Positions 20,109 through 30,990 are shown, counted from the stretch's first letter. The stretch is DNA of 64,000 nucleotides from an uncultured delta proteobacterium (GCA_963745835.1 CAVUZH010000003.1:928001-992000), one strand, 5' to 3'. The notes: a model not told the origin generated them from the sequence alone. Program-made: numbers and translations.

Positions 20109-20917
20109 TCATCGATTTGCCGATTGAAGCCGATTCTGCAAAGCGTCGCCCAACAGGTTGAGGCTCAATACCGTAAGCATGATTGCCAAACCCGGGTAGG
20201 TTGTCAGATGGGGCGCTACCAGTAGAAATTGCCTTCCTTCATTCAGCATCGAACCCCACGAAGCGGTCGGCGGTTCAACGCCTAAACCTAAAAAGCTCAG
20301 ACTTCCTTCGGCTGTTATCGCCGCTGCCAGGCCGAAGGTCGCTTGTATGAGAAGCAGCGGAAGAAGGTTGGGAATTAAATGAAAGATGATGACCCGGGCG
20401 GGGCTGCAGCCTAGGGCGCGCGCTGCCTGGACATACTCCTGTCCTCTTGAGCTCAGAATTTCCCCGCGGACCAGCCGCGCGTAACCGGTCCAGCCGATCA
20501 GGCAGAGCGCAAGGATTACATGATCAAGGCCGGGTCCCAACAGGGCAGTAAAAGCGATGGCAAGAAGAATGCCGGGAAACGCCAGCAGAATATCCACGGA
20601 GCGCATGAGCAGTTGATCGATCCAGCCGCCGAAATAACCGGAGACCGAGCCGATGAAGAGCGCCGATGGAAATTGATACTCCCACTGTACTGACGCCGAC
20701 CAGGAGAGAGATGCGGCTACCGAATATCGTTCGACTCAATATATCCCGACCCAGTTTGTCCGTTCCGAGCGGATGATCGGGAGTAAACACCCTCAGGTCA
20801 TTCCCCAGGTTTTGCCGGTTTGGATCGTATGGCGCAAGCTTTGGAGCAAACATCGCACACGCAACTATTAAGCGCCACTAACATGGCGCCAACGTAGATC
20901 CAAAAATTATGGCTCAT
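20109..20917 (-). CDS. peptide/nickel ABC permease (OppC/DppC-like); two frameshifts near 20860 and 20660
   Basis: MSHNFWIYVG, then HPLGTDKLGRDILSR, then ILLAFPGILLA...EYVQAARALG are found across three frames. Confidence 0.8.
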
Positions 20918-21830
20918 AGCTGATGCGAGGATCGATGGCGCTGTAAGTAAGGTCAGTGATAAAATTGACAACGAGATATCCGATGGCGACAACCAACACA
21001 CAACCTTGCACGAGCGGATAGTCGCGTGTCTGGATGGCTTGGACGGTGAGCCGGCCAATTCCAGGCCAAGAGAATATCGTTTCGGTAATAATCGAGCCGG
21101 CGAGAAGCGAGCCAAACTGCAGGCCCATGATGGATACGACCGGTATCAAGGCATTGCGCAGCATGTGTTTCAACCAAACTACCGGCTCGCCAAGCCCTTT
21201 GGCGCGCGCGGTTTTAATAAAATCCAAGTTGACGATACTCAACAGGCTGCTGCGCAGGATGCGCGTAAGAATGGCCGCCATCGCCATTCCCAGTGTGATC
21301 GACGGCAAAATCAGGTGTGGAAAGGCGCCACGGCCGGAGACTGGCAGCCAACCGAGTTGAATCGAAACCAGTATCATCAGCATTGGACCCAACCAGAAGT
21401 TTGGCATTGAAAGCCCCAGAAGCGAGAAAAACAGCGCCAAACGGTCAATCCAAGTGCCGGGTTTAAAAGCGGCGAGTGTCGCAAGCGGAAATGCAATGAC
21501 CATCGCGGCGATCATGGCGCAGATCGTCAGTTGGAAAGTGGCCGGCAACCGTGCGGCAATGAGTTTGCTAACTTCGGCGTTCTCGTAAAGAGAATATCCC
21601 AAATCACCACGCGACAGATCGACGAGAAATCCGGTGTAACGAGTCAGCAGAGGCTGATCGAGACCGAGCTGGCGGCGTAGTTCTTCTTTGTCGGCGGCAT
21701 TGGCAGTCTCTCCAAGCATCACTTCCACCGGATCTCCGGGAACAAGATTGATCAGGAAAAAAACCAAGGTCAACGCGCCAAATAGTGTCGGAAGCAGCAA
21801 CAGCAGTCTATTTACAAAGTGTCGCTTCAC
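20907..21830 (-). CDS. peptide/nickel ABC permease (OppB/DppB-like)
   Basis: LVPGDPV, FIKTARAKGL, ETIFSWPGIG, RDYPLVQG. GTG start overlaps the SBP stop codon. Confidence 0.9.
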   Translation of the reverse strand: MKRHFVNRLLLLLPTLFGALTLVFFLINLVPGDPVEVMLGETANAADKEELRRQLGLDQPLLTRYTGFLVDLSRGDLGYSLYENAEVSKLIAARLPATFQLTICAMIAAMVIAFPLATLAAFKPGTWIDRLALFFSLLGLSMPNFWLGPMLMILVSIQLGWLPVSGRGAFPHLILPSITLGMAMAAILTRILRSSLLSIVNLDFIKTARAKGLGEPVVWLKHMLRNALIPVVSIMGLQFGSLLAGSIITETIFSWPGIGRLTVQAIQTRDYPLVQGCVLVVAIGYLVVNFITDLTYSAIDPRISYEP

Positions 21831-23407
21831 TGGAGGTGCGGCGCCTGGCGGAGTGATGTGCGTCTCAACGAGAACAAATCGCCGTCCGGAGAGGGCGTAA
21901 AGCCAACAATCTCGGGCTTGCGCACGACTACGTTCTTCACCCACCACAGCGGAATATACGGTAGATCTTCATGGATTATTTGCTGCACCTGGTGGTACAG
22001 CCCTTTTCGTCGTCCTAGATCAGACTCCCGCCGGCCCTGTTCGAGCAAGTTATCAATGCTAGGACTATTATAGCCGCCGCGATTATCGCCGTTAGGAGGT
22101 AGGCTCGACGAATGGAAGATGTTGTAATAAACGTCTGGGTCAGCTATGCCGACCCAAGCGAGCGAGTAAAGATGAAAGTTGCCTTTTTTGATATCGCTGT
22201 AAAACGTTCCCCACTCATAAGAGCGCACTTCGAGCTCGACCCCGACACGGCTTAATTGCTCTTTCAACGTCTCGGCAATTCTTCTGCGCAGATCGATGTT
22301 CGTGGTCTTAAAAGATAGCTTAAAGCGCGGCCGCGGACCCTCTCCATCGGGATCCGGATATCCCGCCTGGTCCAAAAGCCGCTGGGCTTTGGCGGGATCA
22401 AAAGGCCAACGCGGAACAGAGTCGTCGTGCGCCCAGTTAAGCGGGGAAAGCAGCCCATTGGCGGCTGTCGCCTGGTCTTTGAGGATGTGCCGGATAATGC
22501 CGTCGCGATCGATGGAGTGGGCCAATGCCTGCCTGACCTCTCGGCGTTTCAGTATGGGATGTGTGAGATTTATGCCGATGTACTGAAACGTAGTTCCCGG
22601 GTTGGTCTCGACGATTGCATCGGTATTCTTTTCCAGCCATGGAAGAGTGTCGGGCTCGATATCGTTCTGCAAAAGCTGGATGGTTCCTTTTTTGAACTCT
22701 AAAACTCGAACAATGGCATCAGGCACAATTTGAAACGCCAGGCCTGCCAAGCGAGGTTTGCCCTCCCAGTAGGATGAGTTTGCTTTCAGATACACTTTCT
22801 CTCCTAAATTGATGCCTGCCAGCGCAAATGGACCGGAACCGGATGGTGCCTGGTGACTGCGATTCTCCCCCGGCGTCTCATTGTCAACTGGTACTATCCC
22901 AATCGTGCAGTGCTCAAGAAAAGGCGCGTGCGGCTCGGATAGATGAAAGCGGATCTTTTGCGTTCCTAGCTGCTCAACGGATTTTAGAACCCGCAGAGGC
23001 CCGCGTTTCGGCGAACGATTGCGACGATCCATGATCGAATCATAGGTAAACTTGACGTCGCGGGCTGTCAGGGCTCTGCCGTCGTGGAAGGTGACCCCGC
23101 TACGAATTTGGAAGTCATAGGTTTGTGCATCGATTCCCGTCCACTGTTCGGCGAGGTCTCCCACCAAGCGCGATTTCTCATCCAGGCGGAGAAGCGAACT
23201 ATAGATTAACGAGCTGATGCGAGCAGAGTTTGCGTCGGTAGCATAGCGCGGATCTAGATTCCCCGGGTTGCTCTCGATTCCAATCACCAAATAATCTAAA
23301 GGGGTTTTGGCTTCGGATCCGACCCTACAGCCGGCAAGTAAGGTGACGATGATCGTCCGTAAGCAAAAGCAACAAACTTTCGAAGCAGACAACTTGAAAA
23401 GTCTCAC
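21827..23407 (-). CDS. ABC substrate-binding lipoprotein, family 5 (OppA/DppA-like)
   Basis: Lipobox LLAGC, FHDGRALTARDVKFT, GSGPF, VRQALAHSIDR. Confidence 0.9.
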   Translation of the reverse strand: MRLFKLSASKVCCFCLRTIIVTLLAGCRVGSEAKTPLDYLVIGIESNPGNLDPRYATDANSARISSLIYSSLLRLDEKSRLVGDLAEQWTGIDAQTYDFQIRSGVTFHDGRALTARDVKFTYDSIMDRRNRSPKRGPLRVLKSVEQLGTQKIRFHLSEPHAPFLEHCTIGIVPVDNETPGENRSHQAPSGSGPFALAGINLGEKVYLKANSSYWEGKPRLAGLAFQIVPDAIVRVLEFKKGTIQLLQNDIEPDTLPWLEKNTDAIVETNPGTTFQYIGINLTHPILKRREVRQALAHSIDRDGIIRHILKDQATAANGLLSPLNWAHDDSVPRWPFDPAKAQRLLDQAGYPDPDGEGPRPRFKLSFKTTNIDLRRRIAETLKEQLSRVGVELEVRSYEWGTFYSDIKKGNFHLYSLAWVGIADPDVYYNIFHSSSLPPNGDNRGGYNSPSIDNLLEQGRRESDLGRRKGLYHQVQQIIHEDLPYIPLWWVKNVVVRKPEIVGFTPSPDGDLFSLRRTSLRQAPHLQ

Positions 23408-23602
23408 GTCAAAATCTCGATGACCATATCGGTTTTAATGGAGCGGGTCAATTTAATAAACAATTGGCGGCAGATGAGAAATTGATAGCTGATCTCCGGC
23501 CGATAGATTGTATCCCGGCAACCCTCCCAGTCAGCGGGGCGAGGGCCTGCACTCGTCGCTGGCCAAGGAGCTCAGCCGTTCTGTTGGACTAAGTTGGCTC
23601 GC

Positions 23603-23630
23603 TTGAAGGTCGGGGAGGTTAGCTTATAAT
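23603..23630 (+). promoter_or_regulatory. sigma70-type promoter candidate for ccsA-hem operon
   Basis: TTGAAG-16 nt-TATAAT. If used, it would favour ATG 23641 as the start. Confidence 0.35.
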
Positions 23631-24459
23631 GACCGACGGTATGAGTTTGATTCTGCTTAAACTGACCGCGATACTTTACTTGATCGCGACAGTAAGTTTC
23701 ATTTTCTACGTAGTGCGCCGAGACACCGTTTCCAGGCTGCCGCCGTTAATCTTGGGCGCAGGATTCATCATTCACACGTTGGCGCTGAGCGCATATTTCA
23801 TGCGGGAAGGATTTCCGGCGCTAACCGAAATGCGTGAAGCGCTACTATTTAAGAGCTGGTTGATGGTCGCCTGCTATCTCTTGATCCAGATCAAATATCG
23901 ACTTACCGTTCTCGGCGGGATCATTGCGCCTCTGGCGTTTTTAATGTCTCTGGCCGGCATCGCCTTCGGCAGCGGCAGCGGAGAGATTCCGCCGGATCTG
24001 AAGACCTTTTGGTTACCGCTTCATGTTACGTCGGCTTTTCTCGGCAACGCGGTGTTCGCCTTGGCGTTTGGCGTCAGCTTGATCTATCTCCTTCAGGAGC
24101 GCCATCTCAAACACAAACGCATGACCGCCTTGATGAAGCGCTTTCCATCGTTGGAATCTCTCGATCGGCTTAACTATGTCTTACTCGGATGGGGCTTTCC
24201 GTTCATGACTTTAGGCATTGTTACGGGCAGCATCTGGGCGGGCATCTACTGGGGTAACTACTGGTCGTGGGAACCGCGGCAAATTTCATCAGGCATCGCT
24301 TGGTTGTTTTACGGCGCGCTTCTGCACGGGCGCGTCACCGCCGGTTTACGAGGCAAGAAGGCGGCCTTTCTCACGATAGTCGGTTTCACAGTGGTTCTCG
24401 GTTATTTTTTGTGGGGAGATGCGATTTTTCCGGGGAGGCACGGAGGTCGGTTCGAATAG
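23629..24459 (+). CDS. ccsA: cytochrome c biogenesis protein CcsA family
   Basis: Multi-TM protein with WLPLHV and the WWD domain GSIWAGIYWGNYWSWEPR. Confidence 0.88.
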   Translation: MTDGMSLILLKLTAILYLIATVSFIFYVVRRDTVSRLPPLILGAGFIIHTLALSAYFMREGFPALTEMREALLFKSWLMVACYLLIQIKYRLTVLGGIIAPLAFLMSLAGIAFGSGSGEIPPDLKTFWLPLHVTSAFLGNAVFALAFGVSLIYLLQERHLKHKRMTALMKRFPSLESLDRLNYVLLGWGFPFMTLGIVTGSIWAGIYWGNYWSWEPRQISSGIAWLFYGALLHGRVTAGLRGKKAAFLTIVGFTVVLGYFLWGDAIFPGRHGGRFE

Positions 24460-24462
24460 CTC

Positions 24463-25743
24463 GTGCATACAGAAATCTTCATAGTTGGTCTCAATCACCG
24501 TAGTGCGCCGATCGAGGTAAGGGAAAGTCTCGCGTTCGAAAAATCCCAGATCACGGAAGCGCTCGCACGGCTCCGGAACCTTTCAGCGGTTCGGGAAAGC
24601 GTGATCCTTACGACCTGCAATCGGGTCGAAGTGGTTGCCGCCGCCCCTGAGACTGATCGCGCCATGCAGGCGGTCAAAGGATTTCTTGACCAACAACGAT
24701 CATCTTCAAATAACGGTAGCCTTAGCGATCATCTTTATACTTATCGAGGCGCCGACGCTGTACGGCACTTGTTTCGTGTCGCCGCAAGTCTTGACTCCAT
24801 GGTAGTTGGCGAGCCGCAGATTCTCGGTCAATTAAAAGAGTATTATAATGTGGCGCAGAAGGCTGGGACAGTCGGTGCGGTTCTCCATCGCCTGTTTCAC
24901 AGGTCTTTCTTTGTTGCGAAACGAGTGCGAACCGAGACCGGCATAGCCAGTCGCGCTGTCTCGGTGAGCTCAGTTGCGGTGGAACTCGCAGCGAGAATCT
25001 TTGATCGCTTCGAAGAGAAAACGGTCATGTTAATCGGCGCCGGCAAGATGGGCGATCTGATGGCGCGCCATCTCCAGCGCTGCGGCGTAAAGAGTATCAT
25101 GGTCACAAACCGTACCTTTGAGCGCGCAGTGGAATTGGCAGAGAAGATCCGCGGAAATCCGATTCGTTATGATGATTTCCCGCGCTATCTGCAATTGGCC
25201 GATTTGGTGATCGGATGCGCCGGAGCATCGGAAGTTCTCATCGATGTCGGCATGGTGGAAAAGGTCCTGCGGGAGCGCAAGCAGGCGGCGATGTTTTTTA
25301 TCGACATCGGCGACCGAAGAAATTTCGATCCAGACATCAATGCAATCGATAACGCTTATATCTATAATATCGATGATCTGAAGAGCGTGGCGGAAGAAAA
25401 TCTAAACGAAAGATCCAGCGAGGCCGAGAAAGCTGAGTGCATTGTGCAGGAAGAGGTCGGCAGTTTTCTTGACTGGGTCAGTTCACTCGAGCAGGTGCCG
25501 ACGATCACCGCACTGATAGAGAAGCTTGAGCTCATACGGCAGAAAGAAATCACTAAGTCTCTGAGCGGCGGTCTTAAGGATTTGTCCGAAAGGCAAAAAC
25601 AGGCAATGGAAGACATGACCGCGGCTATGATGAAAAAGATTCTGCATGCGCCGATTATGCATTTGAAGCAGAACGTGGATAGCGAATACGAGCTAATGTA
25701 TATCGCGGCACTGAAGAGGCTGTTTGACTTGGAGGACCAGTGA
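24463..25743 (+). CDS. hemA: glutamyl-tRNA reductase
   Basis: GLNHRSAP, TCNRVE, SLDSMVVGEPQILGQ, IGAGKMG. Confidence 0.96.
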   Translation: MHTEIFIVGLNHRSAPIEVRESLAFEKSQITEALARLRNLSAVRESVILTTCNRVEVVAAAPETDRAMQAVKGFLDQQRSSSNNGSLSDHLYTYRGADAVRHLFRVAASLDSMVVGEPQILGQLKEYYNVAQKAGTVGAVLHRLFHRSFFVAKRVRTETGIASRAVSVSSVAVELAARIFDRFEEKTVMLIGAGKMGDLMARHLQRCGVKSIMVTNRTFERAVELAEKIRGNPIRYDDFPRYLQLADLVIGCAGASEVLIDVGMVEKVLRERKQAAMFFIDIGDRRNFDPDINAIDNAYIYNIDDLKSVAEENLNERSSEAEKAECIVQEEVGSFLDWVSSLEQVPTITALIEKLELIRQKEITKSLSGGLKDLSERQKQAMEDMTAAMMKKILHAPIMHLKQNVDSEYELMYIAALKRLFDLEDQ

Positions 25744-25798
25744 GGCGCCATGGATTTGTCCCGTGTACTTGCCTGCTGCCGTAGCGAAAGTTTGTTCA

Positions 25799-26716
25799 AT
25801 GACCACGTTGAAGATCGGTAGCCGTGGTAGCGCGCTGGCGCTGGCGCAAGCCGAGTGGGTAAGAAGAAAGCTCCAGGAGAGGGGTCTGAACGTTGAGATT
25901 ATCGTTATAAAAACCAGCGGCGACCGGTTTGTCGATCGTACGATTCAGTCCTTGGGGGGCAAAGGGATTTTCACCAAAGAGATTGAAGATGCGCTGCTCA
26001 GTGGAGAGATTGATCTGGCCGTTCATTCAATGAAGGACCTCCCAACCGAGCTGCCTAAGGGGTTAGCCATCGCAGCGGTTCCTGTAAGAGAGGACCCTCG
26101 CGACGTATTGGTTAGTAGACAGAACATTCCATTGAATGCTTTGCCGAAGGGCGCGCGGCTTGCGACCGGCAGCCTGCGACGTAAATCGCAGATACTAAAC
26201 TATCGCTCCGATCTAGTCATTGTTCCAATCAGGGGCAACGTCGATACGCGCTTGAAGAAGCTATTCGAACAAGAGCTGGATGCTATCGTCCTGGCGGCCG
26301 CCGGATTGAAGCGGCTCGGTAGAGAGGATCGGATAACGGAGTACTTAACGCCGGATATCTGTTTGAGCGCAGTCGCTCAAGGAGCATTGGCAATTGAGAC
26401 TCGGGACGATGAGCCGTCGCGTCAAGCGGTTGCTTTCCTGCATAACGATCCCAGTTTTATAGAAGTGACGGCAGAGCGATCCTTCTTACGGAAGCTCGGC
26501 GGTGGTTGTCACCTACCGGTGGCGGCGCGCGCCTTCATCGACGGTGAGCTTCTCAATCTCACGGGTATGGTCGCCGAACCCGACGGCGGCCGTCTCTGTC
26601 GCGATCGGATTGCCGGTCCGAAAGGACAAGCGGCCGCGCTCGGGACTGAGTTAGCCGAGCGCCTGATAAGGGCTGGAGCAGGGGAGATGCTTGCTAGAGA
26701 AATGAGGAGCGCCTAG
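25799..26716 (+). CDS. hemC: hydroxymethylbilane synthase
   Basis: GSRGSALALAQ, GKGIFTKE, AVHSMKD, RGNVDTRL, GGCHLPV. Confidence 0.96.
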   Translation: MTTLKIGSRGSALALAQAEWVRRKLQERGLNVEIIVIKTSGDRFVDRTIQSLGGKGIFTKEIEDALLSGEIDLAVHSMKDLPTELPKGLAIAAVPVREDPRDVLVSRQNIPLNALPKGARLATGSLRRKSQILNYRSDLVIVPIRGNVDTRLKKLFEQELDAIVLAAAGLKRLGREDRITEYLTPDICLSAVAQGALAIETRDDEPSRQAVAFLHNDPSFIEVTAERSFLRKLGGGCHLPVAARAFIDGELLNLTGMVAEPDGGRLCRDRIAGPKGQAAALGTELAERLIRAGAGEMLAREMRSA

Positions 26717-26728
26717 CGCGAGCGGAAT

Positions 26729-27571
26729 ATGGACACCGAAGTATTCTCAAGCCAGCAAGCTGTTAGCTCAGTAATGTCTGGAAAGCGAATTGTCGTCACT
26801 CGACCTCGCACCCAAGCGGGTGAACTGGCGCGTCGCCTATCTGAATTAGGAGCGGAGGTCATTGATTTCCCAACTATCTCAATCGAGCCGCCAATGGACT
26901 ATGCGCCGATGGACCGCGCTATCGAGCAGCTCAAGCGATACGACTGGTTGTTCTTCACAAGCGTCAACGGTGTACAGTCGTTCTTCGACCGGCTGCGGCA
27001 CTTGGGGAAGAACTCTCAAGGCATCAAGCATCTGAAGGTGGTTGCTATCGGACCAGAAACGGCAGGGCGTCTGGAAGCTGAAGGCATCCCCGTCTATCTG
27101 GTACCTGCGAAATACCAGTCTGAAGGAATCCTTAAAGAATTGGACCCAGCCGAGATTCGCGGTCGTCGAATCCTGCTGCCACGCGCCGCCAAGGCGCGAG
27201 AAATATTGCCGGAAACTCTGCGTCAGTGGGGCGCCTCCGTCGATGTAGTCCAGGCCTATCAAACCGTGCTGCCGCAGGCATGCCAATTCGGTTTGCACGA
27301 GCTATTTCAGAAGCAAATTGACGTGATTACTTTTACGAGCTCAAGCACGGTTGAAAATTTTTTCAAACTGTTAAAGGGGGAGGATCCTAGCCGAATATTG
27401 CAGGAAGTAGTCGTAGCCTGCATCGGCCCCATCACAGCCCGGACCGCAATCGACCGCGGTTTGCAGGTGGGTATCGTTTCCTCCGAATTTACGATTTCCG
27501 GTTTGATCGCTGCGATCGTCAAATTTTACGAATCTCCTGGGACGCGAGTTCCGACACGCAGCCGATCGTAA
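26729..27571 (+). CDS. hemD: uroporphyrinogen-III synthase
   Basis: IVVTRP, FTSVNGV, FTSSSTV, CIGPITA. Confidence 0.93.
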   Translation: MDTEVFSSQQAVSSVMSGKRIVVTRPRTQAGELARRLSELGAEVIDFPTISIEPPMDYAPMDRAIEQLKRYDWLFFTSVNGVQSFFDRLRHLGKNSQGIKHLKVVAIGPETAGRLEAEGIPVYLVPAKYQSEGILKELDPAEIRGRRILLPRAAKAREILPETLRQWGASVDVVQAYQTVLPQACQFGLHELFQKQIDVITFTSSSTVENFFKLLKGEDPSRILQEVVVACIGPITARTAIDRGLQVGIVSSEFTISGLIAAIVKFYESPGTRVPTRSRS

Positions 27572-27587
27572 GGAGCTCGAGCAGAGC

Positions 27588-28559
27588 ATGCCGTTCCCCG
27601 ACTATCGATCCAGACGGTTACGTAAGAATGAAAAGTTGCGGCAGTTGGTCCGAGAGACCACCCTCAGCGCAGGTAACCTAATCTACCCTTTGTTTGTTGT
27701 ACCGGGAACTAACGTCATCCGCCCGGTTTCGTCAATGCCTGGCATTGCCCAGCTGTCCGTGGACCGGGCGATTCTCGAATGCCGCGAGGCGGCCGCTCTC
27801 GGAATCCCAGCGGTCATCCTATTTGGCATCCCTGAGACCAAGGACGCGCTCGGCTCGGAAGCCTCTATTAGTGATGGCGTGGTGCAGCAAGCGGTGCGAG
27901 CGATCAAGGACAATGTCCCTGATCTACTGGTTGTTACAGACGTTTGCCTCTGTGAATACACCGACCACGGCCATTGCGGCTTGATCAAAAACGGCGCTAT
28001 AGATAACGACAGCACCTTGGAACTTCTTGCTCAAGAAGCGCTTTCTCATGCCCAGGCCGGCGCGGACATCGTCGCGCCGTCGGATATGATGGACGGAAGG
28101 GTGGGCGCAATCCGCCGGGTTCTGGATAGCAAAGGCTTCGATCAAGTTGTGATAATGGCTTACGCTGCCAAGTATGCTTCAGGCTTCTACGGTCCATTTC
28201 GCGAAGCGGCGGAATCGACCCCGCAGTTTGGCGATCGCCGCTCCTACCAAATGGATCCTGCCAATACCGATGAAGCGTTGCGGGAAGTCGAACTCGACAT
28301 TCAGGAGGGAGCTGACATTGTCATGGTCAAGCCCGCGCTGGCCTACCTCGATGTTATTTACCGGGTGAAAGAGCAGTTTGGTTATCCGGTTGCTGCCTAC
28401 AACGTCAGTGGCGAATATTCGATGATCAAAGCGGCGGGCATCAATGGTTGGATCGATGAAGAAAGAATTATGTTGGAGGTTCTTTTATCGATCAGACGCG
28501 CGGGTGCAGATATGATCTTGACCTATTTCGCTAAGCAGTTAGCGCGCGCCTTGGCTTAG
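27588..28559 (+). CDS. hemB: porphobilinogen synthase
   Basis: [35 protein letters not shown]. Confidence 0.97.
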   Translation: MPFPDYRSRRLRKNEKLRQLVRETTLSAGNLIYPLFVVPGTNVIRPVSSMPGIAQLSVDRAILECREAAALGIPAVILFGIPETKDALGSEASISDGVVQQAVRAIKDNVPDLLVVTDVCLCEYTDHGHCGLIKNGAIDNDSTLELLAQEALSHAQAGADIVAPSDMMDGRVGAIRRVLDSKGFDQVVIMAYAAKYASGFYGPFREAAESTPQFGDRRSYQMDPANTDEALREVELDIQEGADIVMVKPALAYLDVIYRVKEQFGYPVAAYNVSGEYSMIKAAGINGWIDEERIMLEVLLSIRRAGADMILTYFAKQLARALA

Positions 28560-28638
28560 ATAATTTGCCAAGCAGTCGTTCGCGAGTGTCAGTAAGAAAG
28601 CCACCCTCTTCTGTGCGGAAGGCGTCCAGGCCGTCATC

Positions 28639-28899
28639 TTAAATCAGATTCCACAGATCCTTAATCTTTCTCTGCAGTGTGCGCTCGCACTCGGCTTCCC
28701 TTCCCGAAACGTGAACCTGAGATTCCGAAAGTCGGAACAGGAGGACCCGCGAGCCTTTTGTCAGCCGTAAGAGAAACGTATTGGAATCGCCGTCATAATC
28801 GACGTCCACGGTCACTTGTTGATCTATCCGACGGGCGACACGGTTGGCCCAAGCCGCCACTTCGGGAGCCGCCGCGTCGCCTTTTTTTTCAGCTAACAT
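28639..28899 (-). CDS. small hypothetical protein
   Basis: About 86 aa ORF starting 19 nt after the SBP stop on the same strand, with protein-like composition. Confidence 0.55.
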   Translation of the reverse strand: MLAEKKGDAAAPEVAAWANRVARRIDQQVTVDVDYDGDSNTFLLRLTKGSRVLLFRLSESQVHVSGREAECERTLQRKIKDLWNLI

Positions 28900-28917
28900 C
28901 AACGGCCGGGTTGACGT

Positions 28918-29928
28918 TTATTTCTTCTTGTAGAGCCCGTCGATAAAGCCGCTCTGCTCGAGTTCACGGATGAAAGTAAAGTCCACGAATTGTTCCGGCT
29001 TAGCTGTCTTTGCGCGGGGATCGCGTTCACCGATATCTTCCATGACCGTTTTTAGGCCCTCGAGACTCGGAATCTGTTTTTTCGGTAGCAACGCTTCAGT
29101 CAGGATATTCTCGCGGCTCTTCTCCAGGATCTCACGGTCGACATTGCTTCCCATGTACTTGCCCAAGGTTTTTACGGTGGCCTCTTTATCGGTCCAAATT
29201 CTGTGTACGGCCTCTACGTGGGATTTAACATATCTCCGGACTATATCAGGATTTTCACGAATAAATCTGCGCGTTGTTGCCACGCCGGTATGTTGAAACA
29301 CCAAGCCCATTTGCGCCACGTCCGCTACCACCGCTAACCCCTTTTTCTCGGCGATGAAGTTAGAAGGAGGATTTATGACGGCGGCAGTGACTCGCCCGGT
29401 CAAGAGCGCGCCTAGCCGGTCTGGTCCACTGCCGACCTGTACTAGAGTGACGTCCTTGCCCGGGGTAAGGCCAATCTTTCTCAGCGCGAACCGGGCAATC
29501 GAATCCGTTGCTGAGCCGAAACGGCTAATTGCTACGGTCCCACCTTTAAGTTGTTCGCCGCTTTTGATCCCCGCCTTTCCCATCAGAACATAATTTAGCG
29601 ATGTCATCCCCGCAGCAATGAACACAGCGTCAGAACCGGCCAAAGCGCTGTTAACCAAGCCCGGTCCGGACACCTGCGTGACCGGAACATCGTTGGAAAC
29701 CAGCGCAAGGATTGCCGTGGTGCCGCCGGTGAAAAAAATCAACTGGGCATCTAGACCATTCTGAGCGAAAATTCCGGTTTCCTTCGCGACCCACGCCGGG
29801 AGTTGATCGGCGCTGACTGCGCTATACCCCACGTTGATTCGAGCCGATTGGGCACCGGCAAACGAGGGGAGAGTTAAAAAACATGCTACCGACAACAACG
29901 CGGCAGCGTATGCTCTGAAAAGTCTCAT
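28918..29928 (-). CDS. ABC substrate-binding protein, SsuA/NMT1/THI5 type
   Basis: Signal peptide, WVAKETGIF, LKGGTVAISRFGS. GGAGG RBS. No permease gene adjacent. Confidence 0.85.
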   Translation of the reverse strand: MRLFRAYAAALLSVACFLTLPSFAGAQSARINVGYSAVSADQLPAWVAKETGIFAQNGLDAQLIFFTGGTTAILALVSNDVPVTQVSGPGLVNSALAGSDAVFIAAGMTSLNYVLMGKAGIKSGEQLKGGTVAISRFGSATDSIARFALRKIGLTPGKDVTLVQVGSGPDRLGALLTGRVTAAVINPPSNFIAEKKGLAVVADVAQMGLVFQHTGVATTRRFIRENPDIVRRYVKSHVEAVHRIWTDKEATVKTLGKYMGSNVDREILEKSRENILTEALLPKKQIPSLEGLKTVMEDIGERDPRAKTAKPEQFVDFTFIRELEQSGFIDGLYKKK

Positions 29929-29977
29929 CGGGTCCTCCAGAAGGAATCTAGGTAAACAGTACTAGACCAAGGAGCTC

Positions 29978-30016
29978 CAAACAAGCAAGCCCGTGCCGAG
30001 GCAGGGCTTGCTGTTT
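29978..30016 (-). terminator. intrinsic terminator candidate downstream of the peroxiredoxin
   Basis: AGCAAGCCC...GGGCTTGCT inverted repeat (29984-30012) with an inner TGCC/GGCA pair, followed by TGTTTGG on the minus strand. Confidence 0.6.
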
Positions 30017-30077
30017 GTTGTTGGATGGTTTTCAGGTTCAAAGCAAGGTGATCGTGCGGGATGAGTTGTGACCGATT

Positions 30078-30626
30078 CTAACTGCCTTTGTTGACCTTTT
30101 TAACTTCGGCAAGCAACTCTTCAGTGGAGAGAAGATCCTTCGGCCCATTGCTCGGACGGACGTTGAAGTAACGTACCACGCCCTCCTTATCGATAATAAT
30201 GTATGAACGCTTCGCTTGACGTCTTTCTTGGTCGAAAACGCCGAACGTCGTCATGGTTTTTCCGCTTGCATCGCTGAGTAGCGGGTAATTGATCTTGGCG
30301 AAATCGGCAAAGGCCTTCTGTGAGAAGGGGCTGTTAACACTAATTCCCAAGACTTCGGTATTTTCCGCTTGAAACTGCTGGTAGTTGTCCGAACCGGACG
30401 CTTGCAGATCCTGTATTCAGGTAGGACTAAAGTCCAGAACGTAAAAGTTGATAAGAACATTCTTGCCCTTGAGACTACTCAACTTTAGTTTGCCGCCTTT
30501 GCTGCTCTCAAGCTCAAAGTCAGGCGCCTTATCGCCGACCTCGAGCGCCGGTGCTACGGAACTTGCGCCGACAATCACAGCTATTGCTATCGCCAATGAA
30601 AACATGAATTTTTCGGTTGATTTCAT
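30078..30626 (-). CDS. exported AhpC/TSA (AhpE/BCP-like) peroxiredoxin selenoprotein (in-frame UGA at codon 70)
   Basis: GGAGGA RBS, ATG 30626, signal peptide, LEVGDKAPDFEL...FYVLDFSPT*IQDLQ. The two tracked ORFs 30417-30659 and 30078-30350 share one frame and are separated only by TGA 30419-30417. Confidence 0.88.
30387..30399 (-). promoter_or_regulatory. bacterial SECIS-like hairpin
   Basis: GTCCG-GTT-CGGAC begins 17 nt after the UGA, and its loop starts with GU. Confidence 0.65.
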
Positions 30627-30990
30627 AACTTCCTCCTTTTGACGAAAACTTCTGGTCAATATTCGTAAAATTTACCGCTTTATCTCTCAGTTCATGGGTA
30701 CTGTCAACTGCAACAAGAGAACAAGTATGTGTTGATGTTCATGGGGCGCTTTAGTTGATTGACGGAGGTGAGAGAACTAATCCCACTCGCCGATCGTTAA
30801 CACATGCGATCCTGTGAGACAGCCGGACGATATGACGGAATTCTAAGGCCCGAATGCGCTCTTTCGCCGTATATGCTGAGAACGTTACCAAGTAACCTAT
30901 GTCACGGCGATGATGCGCCGACTAAAGTCCAAAGTCACTTTCCGAAGTCACCAACTCGATGGCAAGAGCGCTCTAAGAAGACTGGCCGAA

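Noticed and set aside
19947-20225. 92-aa plus-strand ORF and the many other antisense ORFs in the track
   Set aside because: They overlap well-supported genes on the opposite strand or in another frame and show no motifs, so they are shadow ORFs.
23520-23620. SRP RNA, 6S RNA or tRNA-Sec
   Set aside because: No SRP CAGG..GNRA..AGCAG helix-8 motif, too short for 6S, and no T-loop or acceptor stem.
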